DNA from: Andalucia godoyi And28
Taxonomy: Eukaryota > Protista > Jakobida
DNA: 64,000 nucleotides
Assembly (NCBI GenBank): GCA_009859145.1
Contig: VRVR01000008.1
Location: forward strand, 259,325-323,324
Direction of reading: 5' to 3'
Of this stretch, positions 51,127 through 60,722 are shown piece after piece (position 1 is the stretch's first letter; every line of letters begins with the position of its first letter). The position numbers and the translations under genes were made by a program. The notes under the pieces were generated by a model that worked only from the letters and a program-made list of their open reading frames with translations, had not been told where the DNA came from and did not search any database.

Positions 51127-51176
51127 ACCACCCATCCACCCACCCACCCACACACACACCCACACACACACACACA
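51127..51176. repeat. CA/CACC-rich simple repeat between the convergent TOG and GH20 genes
   Basis: caccacccatccacccacccacccacacacacacccacacacacacaca. Confidence 0.75.
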
Positions 51177-51183
51177 GTCTTCC

Positions 51184-53301
51184 TCAGAACCAGAACATGC
51201 GACGTTGCGTGGAAACCGCACGGCCATAATGTAGAAACGGAAGAATGTCAACGTTACCGCTCCAGTACACATTGGACCGAGTTGTGGCAGATGTCAGTTC
51301 AACCAAAGAACTGATTCCGCCCATAGAAACCCGTTCCACAATGGTTGCTAAACGCTGTTTCAGCATCCCATAGCGAGCATCCAAGATCTCCCATCCAAGA
51401 GGATGGAAGCACTCCGTCCACAATCGCAGATGGCATCTCCACAGATTCTCCACCGAAGTTTGAAGAGATGCGACGCGGGATCGTACTTGAGACACACGAT
51501 CCTCCGCCTGCGCACAAAACGCGCTCTGCAGTACCATATGCAAAGTGCATTTGAGAGAAAGGACGTGCGCAACATGCGCAGGAAAGAGCAATCGAGGGTC
51601 CTTTTCTGCACAGCGAAAGAGATCAATGGAGAGGCGAGAATAGTGCATTTCCATAGCGAGAAGAGCTTCGTCTGTGAAATGGCAGGACAGGTGTCCCAGC
51701 AGCGGATCCTCCCACAACATCCACTTTGAAACATTGGAAAACGATCCCACGGCTTCCACGTACTCTGCAGCGGGTTGTGCCATCTCAACAGAGAGGATGC
51801 GTCGAATCTGTGGCGACGAAGAGTACGCTGGGTATTCAGCACCACTGGCGGCGAGAGAATCATTGCGAGAAGATGGATTCAGAACGGAATGCGGCAAAAT
51901 GTCCAGATGCGATGCCTTTTCAAAGTGATCTAAATTCAAATTTTCGCAACAATGATACACCATCTGTCTTAACATCGATCCGTGTTCGTCCAACGACCAT
52001 GCAAAAGAAGCAAAGAACGCAAAAGCTGGGATCACGCTGAATGGAGAACACTCGGCACCGTCGTCTCCCCACATGGTGCACATGACGCGATCGATACGTC
52101 GACTTCTGCACGCAAGCATACATGCTCGGATGCTTGCCGCAGAAAATGGCAACTGCGACCAGAATCTCGACCATGACCACACCCCCGTTGCCATTACAAT
52201 CCTTGTCGGATCCATGCCTTGTCCACGGGTTCCAAATCTCTTGTCTGAGCGCACAAGTTCGGAAACTTGATCCAACACCGCCTCATAGTGACCTTCCGAC
52301 GACGAGTAGTAGTCCCAGGGCACAATATCGAACTTGTCTTTGCATTCGGCGAGAAGCACTTGCATTGCCTGTTCGCTTTTCAAAAACATGTCTCCCCATA
52401 CCATTGGTCGGAATCCATACTGAACACTGAGCTCGATGCAGAACGCAGCATGCTTCGCGAACGCAACGCCGCTATCGATTGCACACATTGCATCTGCTTC
52501 ATCGCAACCAAGATGGATGTATCGAGACAGAGGAAACGCAGACCGCACAGCCGTGATCATCTTCTCCACAAAATCACGAGTTGCCTCTGTCCCTGGCCGC
52601 AAGCAGTCTTCCGACAACCGCACATGAGCGAACTGCGGCCACTGCAGGACATTTTCCAAATGGCCCGCAACCTGAATGCACGGAATAAGCTCGATACCAA
52701 GCGCAACGCACGTTGCCTCAATCATGGCGATATCATCTCTGCCATATCCCCCTCTCAAATACCCAAAGCACGCCTGAAAGGACCCCGCGTCCGTCAGAGG
52801 ATACACGTCTTCCATGTACAGCTGCAGTGCATTGAACCCGAGCATCACACAGTACTTTGCAAACAGCTGTACCGTCTTCGTATTCATCACTGCTCCTCGC
52901 GACACATCCAGCATGCACGACACAAGCGAGCAGGAGCACTTTGAATAGTACGGAAGCGTCATGCATGCAGGATACAAGGAGATCAGACATGCCAGTGCTC
53001 GAAACGCATCCGATGTTCGCACATACTGGATGAGCAGTTCGCTTGATTCCTGCCGGGAGTCCTGATCCACAGAATCGCGCAAGATCTTGAAACCGCCAAA
53101 CACAGGCGCTGCTGCATCCACTTCGTACTCGTCGCTAAGCATCAAAAACGACTCAAAGCTGTCAACCTTCATAAACGATAAGCGCGAAATTGCAGGAAAC
53201 GGCCGAAGATCCGTCGAGCAGGTCGACGCTGACAGTCGGCTGATTTCATCACGAAAGAGCAGCAGTCCTTCCGAGAGCTCCAGAGATGCATCGATTTCCA
53301 T
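51184..53301 (-). CDS. GH20 beta-N-acetylhexosaminidase, GcnA/HEXD-like subfamily, no signal peptide, 705 aa
   Basis: DAFRAL, MLDVSRGAV, LQLYMEDVY, GYLRGGY, LIPCIQVAGHLENVLQWP, catalytic HLGCDEA, MVWGDMF, WDYY, TMWGDDGAEC and GWEILDARYG. Confidence 0.9.
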   Translation of the reverse strand: MEIDASLELSEGLLLFRDEISRLSASTCSTDLRPFPAISRLSFMKVDSFESFLMLSDEYEVDAAAPVFGGFKILRDSVDQDSRQESSELLIQYVRTSDAFRALACLISLYPACMTLPYYSKCSCSLVSCMLDVSRGAVMNTKTVQLFAKYCVMLGFNALQLYMEDVYPLTDAGSFQACFGYLRGGYGRDDIAMIEATCVALGIELIPCIQVAGHLENVLQWPQFAHVRLSEDCLRPGTEATRDFVEKMITAVRSAFPLSRYIHLGCDEADAMCAIDSGVAFAKHAAFCIELSVQYGFRPMVWGDMFLKSEQAMQVLLAECKDKFDIVPWDYYSSSEGHYEAVLDQVSELVRSDKRFGTRGQGMDPTRIVMATGVWSWSRFWSQLPFSAASIRACMLACRSRRIDRVMCTMWGDDGAECSPFSVIPAFAFFASFAWSLDEHGSMLRQMVYHCCENLNLDHFEKASHLDILPHSVLNPSSRNDSLAASGAEYPAYSSSPQIRRILSVEMAQPAAEYVEAVGSFSNVSKWMLWEDPLLGHLSCHFTDEALLAMEMHYSRLSIDLFRCAEKDPRLLFPAHVAHVLSLKCTLHMVLQSAFCAQAEDRVSQVRSRVASLQTSVENLWRCHLRLWTECFHPLGWEILDARYGMLKQRLATIVERVSMGGISSLVELTSATTRSNVYWSGNVDILPFLHYGRAVSTQRRMFWF

Positions 53302-53553
53302 GAACCATCACCATGCACTGTATCCCACAACAATGCAGATCACAGAACGCTGCACAACAGAGAGCTTACCGAGTTGGTGCTCTCCTGTCAGTAGCCTAGC
53401 AAGTAAGAACTCCGGGGAAGCCATTAGTGTTTCCAACTCCAATTATATGTATGTATCCTCCAACCCAAGCCTCTCGCCAAGCATTTGGCTCGCATGCTGC
53501 GCCTCAAGCAGATCGTAGAGTGACATCTTTTTTACAGTCAGCATCAGCGCCCC

Positions 53554-53623
53554 TCATCAATTAACAAGGAATCGGTTGTCAGCATCCGACAGTGTCTTTC
53601 ATTGGGCCTCGATCTGCGCACCT
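53554..53623 (+). pseudogene. Degenerate fragment homologous to 63920..63976 (minus strand) of the gene at the right edge
   Basis: Manual alignment gives 53/57 identical aligned bases with three insertions (1, 10 and 2 nt). It reads KESV....SLGLDLRTF versus KESVDSVSLGLDLHTY in the intact frame, with an early stop. Confidence 0.6.
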
Positions 53624-54190
53624 TCAGCCATACTATCCGATGACATTCACAGCCGTTCCACCCAGACGATTGGGTTGGAGGCATCGTACCACACGACGCA
53701 TCGGACCACACCCTAGCTCTATGTGCTGTACTATACGTTTTGTGAAAACGTCTGGCGAACAGAGCGCTTCTGCGTGTTTTATGGAAAAGCGATGGCATCG
53801 GATGGCAGGATTCGGGGGATTTCCCCCTCCTTTTTTGGAGTTCGACACTGTTTGTGGCACGCCTACATTGTGCACTAACCACGGATAATCATCGCTGATC
53901 ACCCATAATCAGTGTTGCAACCCAACAACATGCATAATGCCACGCGGCGGTGTGTGTATAGGGATTTCATGATCAAAATGGGGCGAAGCGAATCGGGCAT
54001 CGTGCGACGGAGCTGTTAAGATAACAAACGCATGCGCATGGCGCGTGGCAGTGGCCTTTTGTTTTTACGTGCGCTTTAGATTGCTTCATCATATCGCAGT
54101 AAGTGGCAGCGGCAGGTGTTTTATTGATTAAAAAAATATAAATAATAATTTACTTAAATTACGCGTTTGGCAATGTAGCACGGATAATGG

Positions 54191-54748
54191 CTAGTCATAT
54201 CGATCTTCGTTTTGCTGGACTGCAGAGCTGATTGCAAGGAGCGCGGCCCAGATGCCGGCAAGCAGCACATAGAACAGGAACAGCAAAAGCATGATTCCAA
54301 GCCAGTCCCAGTAGGTCGTCCCCGCAAACACGCGTCTTCCCTCCTCGTCTGTCGTAAACCAAGACGTTTTTTGCGTTTTTCGGACCTCTCGAGACTCCAT
54401 GATGTCCACAGTGCTGCTGACAGTCGACATCGTCCGAGAGTGTGTTCGGCTAAGGTGCTGGTTGGCATGGCCCGACGACGCGCTGCTGCCCACCGCTTCT
54501 TTGCCATTTCCCCGCATCTCCGTAACGCACGTACTACTGCTGTTCATCAGTTCGGGGTTTACAGCCGGTGAGAACGATACGGTCCGGCACCGCTGCGACC
54601 CGTTCAGCCGGTGCAGCGGGCCGCGATCGCTGCCAACAGTGCTGCTGTTACTGCTGGCGGCATGGTCCGACGAAGCGGCGACGGTCACGGTCTCTGATTC
54701 CAAATGAGATGCGGGAGCCGACGCTGGATTGGACCCAGAGCTCAACAT
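54191..54748 (-). CDS. Small single-pass membrane protein, 185 aa: disordered Ser-rich N-terminus and a C-terminal TM helix resembling that of the Na,K-ATPase beta subunit
   Basis: ATG at 54748, TAG at 54191. TM region VFAGTTYWDWLGIMLLLFLFYVLLAGIWAALLAI. AT-rich 3' flank containing AATAAA. Confidence 0.7.
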   Translation of the reverse strand: MLSSGSNPASAPASHLESETVTVAASSDHAASSNSSTVGSDRGPLHRLNGSQRCRTVSFSPAVNPELMNSSSTCVTEMRGNGKEAVGSSASSGHANQHLSRTHSRTMSTVSSTVDIMESREVRKTQKTSWFTTDEEGRRVFAGTTYWDWLGIMLLLFLFYVLLAGIWAALLAISSAVQQNEDRYD

Positions 54749-55062
54749 GCCTCGATTAATTGATTAATGGATAGGGGGGATATCTGGGGGCTGTTCATGT
54801 ACCGAGTCAACAAAACAGAGCTTCCGTTGGAATATGACGCAACTTCTTAAACATTTAAAATTTAAAAAAATAAAATAGAAAACTGAAAGAAAGAAATCAG
54901 TGAAAGAGTATTCTGCTAAAGTGGGTATGGAAGAATGGAAGAATGGAAGGATGGAAGGATGAAAGTCACCAAACAAACAGCAAGTAATCGAATGTTCACT
55001 CGAAGCATGCATCTGTCAACAACTGGATGAATCTCCTAGTCTTTTATTTATTTATTAATTAA

Positions 55063-58000
55063 TTACACATGACTTGCAAAGATGCGGTCGATCTTTGCCA
55101 TCTCGTCGATCATCTCGTCTTCAAAGTACTTTCTGAAGCCAATATCATCTGGCAGACCTTTGCGTCGACGAGTCTTGACAAGGCAGTCGCGTGCCAGATA
55201 TGGTTTCGGCGCAGGCTCAAGCATTCGAACGGGAATGCTCTTGTCCAGCGGATCGCCCGGAATCTCGGACCAGTGACTGAACAATGCTTGCGGGAACGCA
55301 AGGCCGTTGGTCGCGACTCGCAAATCAACCTCAAACCCAAAGGACTCTAGTAGAGGAACATGGGCGTGTATGCAGTGTAAGGGTGTTCCTCCGCGTGGAC
55401 CTTCCCACAGCAACACACCCCTCCTTCTTGAAACAACAGACGTGACAATCGACATCTGTTCGACAGGAGTGAGAATTTCGACCAAGTTGACGGGTTCAAG
55501 CAATCGCGGGTTGGCAGTCAGCACAGATGCACAGACAACTCTGCGGGCAGCAGGAGTAATGTTTCCCGACGAACGCAGCAACGGATCACTGGAAATCACA
55601 GCGTCCACGATTCGGCAAGACACATTTCGCATTGGCTCTGCACATAGTGGTCCTTCTTTGCAAGCCCATGAAAATCCTTTTGCGCACGACTCGCGGACAT
55701 GCGACAATAACTTCGGATCCACCTCTCCGGGAAGAGTGTCGTCTGACAGCACAACCGGCGAATCATACGGAGAGAACACCCATACTCGACGTGCCGCAAG
55801 GGCGTCCCACTGAAACTCCGTCATCAACGCTTCCGACAAGTCTGATTTCTTGTTTGCACGATCTAGTTCTGCAGCCGGCAGATATCCCTTTTCCATGCAC
55901 GTTGCTATGCGCGGATCCAAAGGCTCTGCAATCATCGTAAGTTTGTTTTCCTTGTTGACGCTTTCCGAAAAGCAGCGGAAAGCCGACATGCGAGACACGG
56001 ACTCGTGAAACGCTACAAAGGGATCGGAGACGTTGATTTCTATGCCTGCATATCGTTCTCTCAACAACTGGATCGCACAATCCAGGTACATTTCTCCAGG
56101 CCCGCCAATGTATCGCAATCCTGATTCTTCGACGTAAAACTCGAGAGCAAGAAAAGATTTTCTCAAGAGACGGATCCCTTCAAGCAACTTTGGCAGTTCG
56201 GAAGGTACTCGCGGGTCAATTGCAATGCGCATGTTGGAGCGGTACGGCAGACTAAGAGGAACAAAGATGGATTCACCGTCTTCGCGATCCTGTTTATCAG
56301 CTCCCTCGTCATCGTCATCGTCATCGTCTCCGTCTCCGTCCGTCATCTCTTGCAGCGAACTCGCGGGGAGCGGCCCTTGCAAGGTACCGCCGCGAATAAG
56401 GACATCGGAAATGCTCTGCACAACGACCCACGTACCAACGGTTGCGGGACCGCTGAACTTCATTCCATAAAACGGGAAAACGGCAGCATAGACATTGGAA
56501 ATCACGCAGTCGTGAACATCGCTGTCATCATGAACGGAGTGGTTTTCTGCAAACACGCGAACCTTCATTCCCGCCTGCAGAGAGCCCGACATGACGCGAA
56601 CCAGTGCCATGCAGTGCAAGCCGCCCTCTTTTTCATTTCCTCGCAGCAGGTAGCTGACGTCCAATACTCTGGAGATCAAGCCAAGCAACGGCGCAGTAGC
56701 TGACGAATCTGCATGCAGGAGTGCAGAACCGCGTGCGGATTCCAAGTTGCCCGCAAATAGCTGCTGGGCCTTCCGATGAGAGTTCTGCAGCGGGCTTGGA
56801 ATGTGGGTCACGATCGCATCCGCAAGGCCAGCAAAGGAGCTCTTGTTCGGAGAATGGACGGAAAAGAACCGAGCAAACACCGTTCGCAGCAAGGGTCGGA
56901 GGTCTTGCAGCAATTCATCATGGGAAATTAGAACATTGGCCTTTTGCAAGAAAGCTTTCAGATCCCGACCCTCGATGGAGATGCAGTGGGAAAACAATTT
57001 GTACATTGGATTCAGGATAAACTGAACAAAGGATCGCTCCACTCCGTGCAAGCTGGACGAGACAAACTTTCGGCTCTGCGGGTCCATGAAACGATCTCCC
57101 CACAGGTTTGCAGAGAATGCAACAGGATCAAACAAATCTCCGTACGTGCTTGTATAGAGATGCGCAAACTGCCTTAAAGAAAAGCAGAACCCGAATGCTG
57201 CAGACGAAAACAAGACGTTTCCGACCGCGGGATTGAACCGGGCGTGCGAATTGTCGTCGGGCAGCAGCGAGTTCATCTCATCGACGATAAATCGAAGTTT
57301 GAAATATGCATCGCGAGGCGGCAGTTTGAGTTCTGTCATGAGACGATCGATTTTAGTGACGACAAGAATTGCGCTGAGAGCACCGCCGTCTGCCGACGCC
57401 CCGATACCGGAGGCTCCTCCAGCGCCATGAACCGCGGAGACCCTCTTACATGAGTGCAGTCCCGCTTGAGCAAGTGCATGTGACACGATTGTTCGGGTAG
57501 CAAGAGAAACTCCCTCTACAGCATCGACACAAATCAGAAGCCCGTCTGCCATGCGAACGCCGGCGGAGACCTCGTCCAGAAAATCCACGTGCCCTGGTGT
57601 GTCCATCAGATTCACCGCAAACGATGTTCCTTTGGAATCCTCAAGAAGTAAACAGCACGGCTTCGACCGAATAGTCATTCCCCTATCCTTCTCCATCTCC
57701 ACGACGTGGTCCGACAGCCTGGGTGCAGACCCACTGTCCAGCTTCCGCGTGATGTGCACCGGCGAATCCGGGTGTTGCTGAGCAGACGAACTCGACAGCA
57801 ACGGATACAGCTCCGGATGTGTCTCCGCGAGCAGCAGATCCAAAAGCGATGTCTTCCCATGATGAATCGCGCCGCAAACAACAACGTTTCTGATCCGCGA
57901 TGGAACCCCCAGCACATCCAATAAATACTCCTTCTTGTACGTCGATTCAAATACCGAGCGCGTCAGCAATGCGTCGAGTTCGCTAATGTGGATCGTCGGC

Positions 58001-58191
58001 TTAATAATCGGTTCGGACGCAGCACGCGCGTCTTCTGCTTGATACATCAGCTCTGTGTCCTTCGGATACACCTCTCGTGCATCCCGGTAGTACTGCTTGT
58101 CCTCATGCAGCCGCGCAACAACTCTCGACTCCTCCCCATCACTGCCCTCCTCGCTGCTTGAATACTCAGGAACTAGCCCTACTCCAGCACC
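55063..58191 (-). CDS. SNU114: U5 snRNP GTPase SNU114/EFTUD2, exon 2; spliced product about 1083 aa
   Basis: LHEDKQYY...VY...EPIIKP, G1 CGAIHHGKT, DTPGHVDF, TKIDRL, KLPPRDAYFK, FVQFILNPMYK, GPGEMYLDC, NKLTMIAEPL, KEGPLCAEP, LLEPV, ESFGFEVDLR and KTRRRKGL. Confidence 0.95.
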   Translation of the reverse strand, partial: GAGVGLVPEYSSSEEGSDGEESRVVARLHEDKQYYRDAREVYPKDTELMYQAEDARAASEPIIKPTIHISELDALLTRSVFESTYKKEYLLDVLGVPSRIRNVVVCGAIHHGKTSLLDLLLAETHPELYPLLSSSSAQQHPDSPVHITRKLDSGSAPRLSDHVVEMEKDRGMTIRSKPCCLLLEDSKGTSFAVNLMDTPGHVDFLDEVSAGVRMADGLLICVDAVEGVSLATRTIVSHALAQAGLHSCKRVSAVHGAGGASGIGASADGGALSAILVVTKIDRLMTELKLPPRDAYFKLRFIVDEMNSLLPDDNSHARFNPAVGNVLFSSAAFGFCFSLRQFAHLYTSTYGDLFDPVAFSANLWGDRFMDPQSRKFVSSSLHGVERSFVQFILNPMYKLFSHCISIEGRDLKAFLQKANVLISHDELLQDLRPLLRTVFARFFSVHSPNKSSFAGLADAIVTHIPSPLQNSHRKAQQLFAGNLESARGSALLHADSSATAPLLGLISRVLDVSYLLRGNEKEGGLHCMALVRVMSGSLQAGMKVRVFAENHSVHDDSDVHDCVISNVYAAVFPFYGMKFSGPATVGTWVVVQSISDVLIRGGTLQGPLPASSLQEMTDGDGDDDDDDDEGADKQDREDGESIFVPLSLPYRSNMRIAIDPRVPSELPKLLEGIRLLRKSFLALEFYVEESGLRYIGGPGEMYLDCAIQLLRERYAGIEINVSDPFVAFHESVSRMSAFRCFSESVNKENKLTMIAEPLDPRIATCMEKGYLPAAELDRANKKSDLSEALMTEFQWDALAARRVWVFSPYDSPVVLSDDTLPGEVDPKLLSHVRESCAKGFSWACKEGPLCAEPMRNVSCRIVDAVISSDPLLRSSGNITPAARRVVCASVLTANPRLLEPVNLVEILTPVEQMSIVTSVVSRRRGVLLWEGPRGGTPLHCIHAHVPLLESFGFEVDLRVATNGLAFPQALFSHWSEIPGDPLDKSIPVRMLEPAPKPYLARDCLVKTRRRKGLPDDIGFRKYFEDEMIDEMAKIDRIFASHV

Positions 58192-58313
58192 CTACTCCGC
58201 AAAACATATAAATATATATATAATCAAAAGTAAAAAAAAAAACAATTCGCAAGTTAGATACAACAAAATAAACAACAATCAAAAACACAACGCTGAATAC
58301 AACTGACACATAC
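58192..58313 (-). other. Spliceosomal intron in SNU114, 122 nt, phase 0
   Basis: Donor GTC|GTATGT, AT-rich body, CTAAC branch-like motif at 58253-58257, acceptor GAGTAG|GGT. Joins DDNV to GAGVGLVPEYSS...LHEDKQYY in frame with ORF 55063..58071. Confidence 0.88.
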
Positions 58314-58436
58314 GACATTATCATCTTTCTGGTCAACGCCGTGACCGCTATCATAAGATTCGCTTTCCGAGTTCGATTCGTCATCCTCCGCAAACGGCCC
58401 CACTCGATTCCCAAACTCATCGTATCGATCATCCAT
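58314..58436 (-). CDS. SNU114: SNU114 exon 1 (acidic N-terminal domain, 41 codons)
   Basis: MDDRYDEFGNRVGP is the conserved Snu114 N-terminus (YDEFGNY[IV]GP). Confidence 0.93.
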
Positions 58437-58471
58437 TATCACACGTCTTCCACCACCTTCTCGGAAACCAA

Positions 58472-58506
<35 letters not shown>

Positions 58507-58976
58507 TTTCTACTGTCTTCTTCCTCTCGGACACACGTACCGAGCGATGAAGTAGGAGAAACGTGTAGTTTATAAAGAAGAAAGGTCGTGCGAAAATATC
58601 CAAGGGACTACGACAGCTCCCCTCTTCGGCGACTCATCCAAACCGGGGTCGTCGCTCATCCTGGTCGTTCACGCCTGACGTCCCATCCATTTTGCTACGA
58701 TCCGACTGTACAGTAAAAGCCTGTTAAAGCACACAAACGCTGAGCAGAACCAGTTTCAGCATAGGTCTTCCCTCCTTTCTTAATTGTGTTTTTCCTGTCT
58801 TTCTGTTTTTCTGTTTTGTTTTGTTGTTTCTTCTTCTTCTTCTTCTGGGAGGCTGAAAAATCTCAAGGTTGGAGGGTGCTATCGATCTAGTCCAGTGACA
58901 TCGGCAGCGACAAGCACAGCAGAAGAACTGTGTTTAGCATCCGAGGGAGGGATTACGACAGGAGGAGGAAGAGGGG

Positions 58977-60722
58977 ATGGTTTCTTCGGTATGGGAGAGT
59001 CTTGTGTCGCTGATTATTCGTCCTCAGCGCGCAGTGTATGACGCGAGTTTGAATCTTGGATCCAAGTTTTTCTGGCTTGAAGGCCGTCTTTTCCAGCGGA
59101 TTGACTTTACACTTTGTAATCCTCGGAGTCTAAAGATTGAGTGTTCGTTCTTCTGTGAAGTGAAGAACCACGATTCTGTCTCTTCTCATTCTCATTGTCA
59201 TTCTAATTCACATTTTCGTACTCATAATCATCACGGGCATGGGCAGAGTGCGAAATCGAGTCGGATTGAAGGAGTTCCGAGTGTTGATAACGCGGATGTG
59301 AGACCATGTGTGATTTACTGTCATGGGAACTGCGGGTGTCGGTGCGATGGGATTGAGGCTGCGCGGGTGCTGCTGCCTTCCGGGCTGCACTTGTTGGTGT
59401 TTGATTTCACTGGGTCTGGAGTTTCCGAGGGCGAGTACGTTTCGCTCGGGTATTTTGAGAAGGAGGACTTGACGACGGTGTGTTCCTACGCTCGCGCGCA
59501 TCTGCCGGTATCCACAATTGGGTTGTGGGGTCGCTCGATGGGGGCGGCGACGGCTATCATGTATGCTGCAGAAGACCCGTCGATTGCTGGGATCGTACTG
59601 GACTCGCCATTTGCAAAGCTGACGCAAATCATGCACGAAATGGTCAAGTCATACAAGGGGTGGATCCCGTCCATGCTCATTGCGGTTGCGATCAAGGCCA
59701 TGCGAAAGTCAATCAAGGCGAGAGCAAAGTTTGACATTTTCGAGTGCGATCCGCTGCAGTATGCGCCACTTTGCTTTGTCCCTGCGCTCTTTGGACACGC
59801 CACGGGCGACGAGTTTGTCAAGATCCACCATTCAGAGGCGGTCTTTTCTGCATACGGTGGCGACAAAAACTTCGTGAGGCTGCCGGGAGACCACAATTCA
59901 GAGCGTCCTGACTTTTGGCTCGACTCCGTTTGCATCTTCTTCTACAATACACTCGTACTACCGGCTTCCTCTTTTGGAGATGCTCTCCACCATCGGCGAC
60001 CAGCCGCAGGATTTTCCACGTCTCCGTCTTTTATCTCTTCCGGTCCATCATCGTCGTCGACAAGCCAGACGACGGGTAGTAGCAGCGACGGTCTTCATGA
60101 CAGCAACAGTGCGAGTCATGCTCGGTCGAATTCGAACCCTGCGAACCTCGCCGTGAATGGAAAGCCGCCGTTGCCACTTCACATCGCAGTACCCTCTCCA
60201 TCGCCAAAGTCTTCGCTGAGCGCAGATTCATATCATTCGCCGCTTGACGAACGCCGCGAGATAGCAAAACACTTGGAAATTGCATCTCCCAAAATGGCGC
60301 ATATCTTCTTGTCACACGATGCGGATCCAATGCTGGGGACTGCCTCCAGAGTGCGCGCACAGACCGATGAAACATTTGGCGCGATGATTGTTTCTCCGCG
60401 GTTCCGAGTTGCGCCCAGTGTCCGCTTTGACGATTCCGAACAGCTCAACAACGAGATGGAGCTCCAAGCTTCTCTCCGGGATTTCTACTCCCATGCCGGC
60501 CCAGAGTCGCCTTCGATCCGACAAATGCCGGATTCGGTCCTTGTATCTTCAAGATCACAGTCTCCACTCTGCGACCCATCTCTCGAAGATGACCTCATGT
60601 CGTCCTTTCAGCAAGTCCAGTTGGCAAGAGACGCGTTTGAGACTGCAAAACGGACGCAGCACATCCAGGGTTCCCCAGCTCCATCGGACTCGAGCTCTCT
60701 CTCACTATCCCCAAATTATTAG
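58977..60722 (+). CDS. Alpha/beta-hydrolase family protein (YqkD/ABHD-like) with a disordered C-terminal tail, 581 aa
   Basis: IIRPQRAVY, PCVIYCHGN, FDFTGSGVSEGEYVSLG..EKEDL, nucleophile GRSMG, LDSPF, PALFGHATGDEFV and GDHNSERP (Ser-Asp-His triad). Confidence 0.93.
   Translation: MVSSVWESLVSLIIRPQRAVYDASLNLGSKFFWLEGRLFQRIDFTLCNPRSLKIECSFFCEVKNHDSVSSHSHCHSNSHFRTHNHHGHGQSAKSSRIEGVPSVDNADVRPCVIYCHGNCGCRCDGIEAARVLLPSGLHLLVFDFTGSGVSEGEYVSLGYFEKEDLTTVCSYARAHLPVSTIGLWGRSMGAATAIMYAAEDPSIAGIVLDSPFAKLTQIMHEMVKSYKGWIPSMLIAVAIKAMRKSIKARAKFDIFECDPLQYAPLCFVPALFGHATGDEFVKIHHSEAVFSAYGGDKNFVRLPGDHNSERPDFWLDSVCIFFYNTLVLPASSFGDALHHRRPAAGFSTSPSFISSGPSSSSTSQTTGSSSDGLHDSNSASHARSNSNPANLAVNGKPPLPLHIAVPSPSPKSSLSADSYHSPLDERREIAKHLEIASPKMAHIFLSHDADPMLGTASRVRAQTDETFGAMIVSPRFRVAPSVRFDDSEQLNNEMELQASLRDFYSHAGPESPSIRQMPDSVLVSSRSQSPLCDPSLEDDLMSSFQQVQLARDAFETAKRTQHIQGSPAPSDSSSLSLSPNY

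Noticed and set aside
53302-53760. Minus-strand SAM-methyltransferase pseudogene (ELGCGP motif) or a stop-interrupted 5' extension of the GH20 gene
   Set aside because: It needs a frameshift and several stops. The same DNA aligns at nucleotide level, on the opposite strand, to the right-edge gene. The GH20 N-terminus already looks complete at 53301.
58600-58775. U3 snoRNA-like segment (AAGACC..., GGATGA, GGCGTGA) on the minus strand
   Set aside because: The box A sequence needed to pair with 18S rRNA and a properly placed C/D pair are missing.
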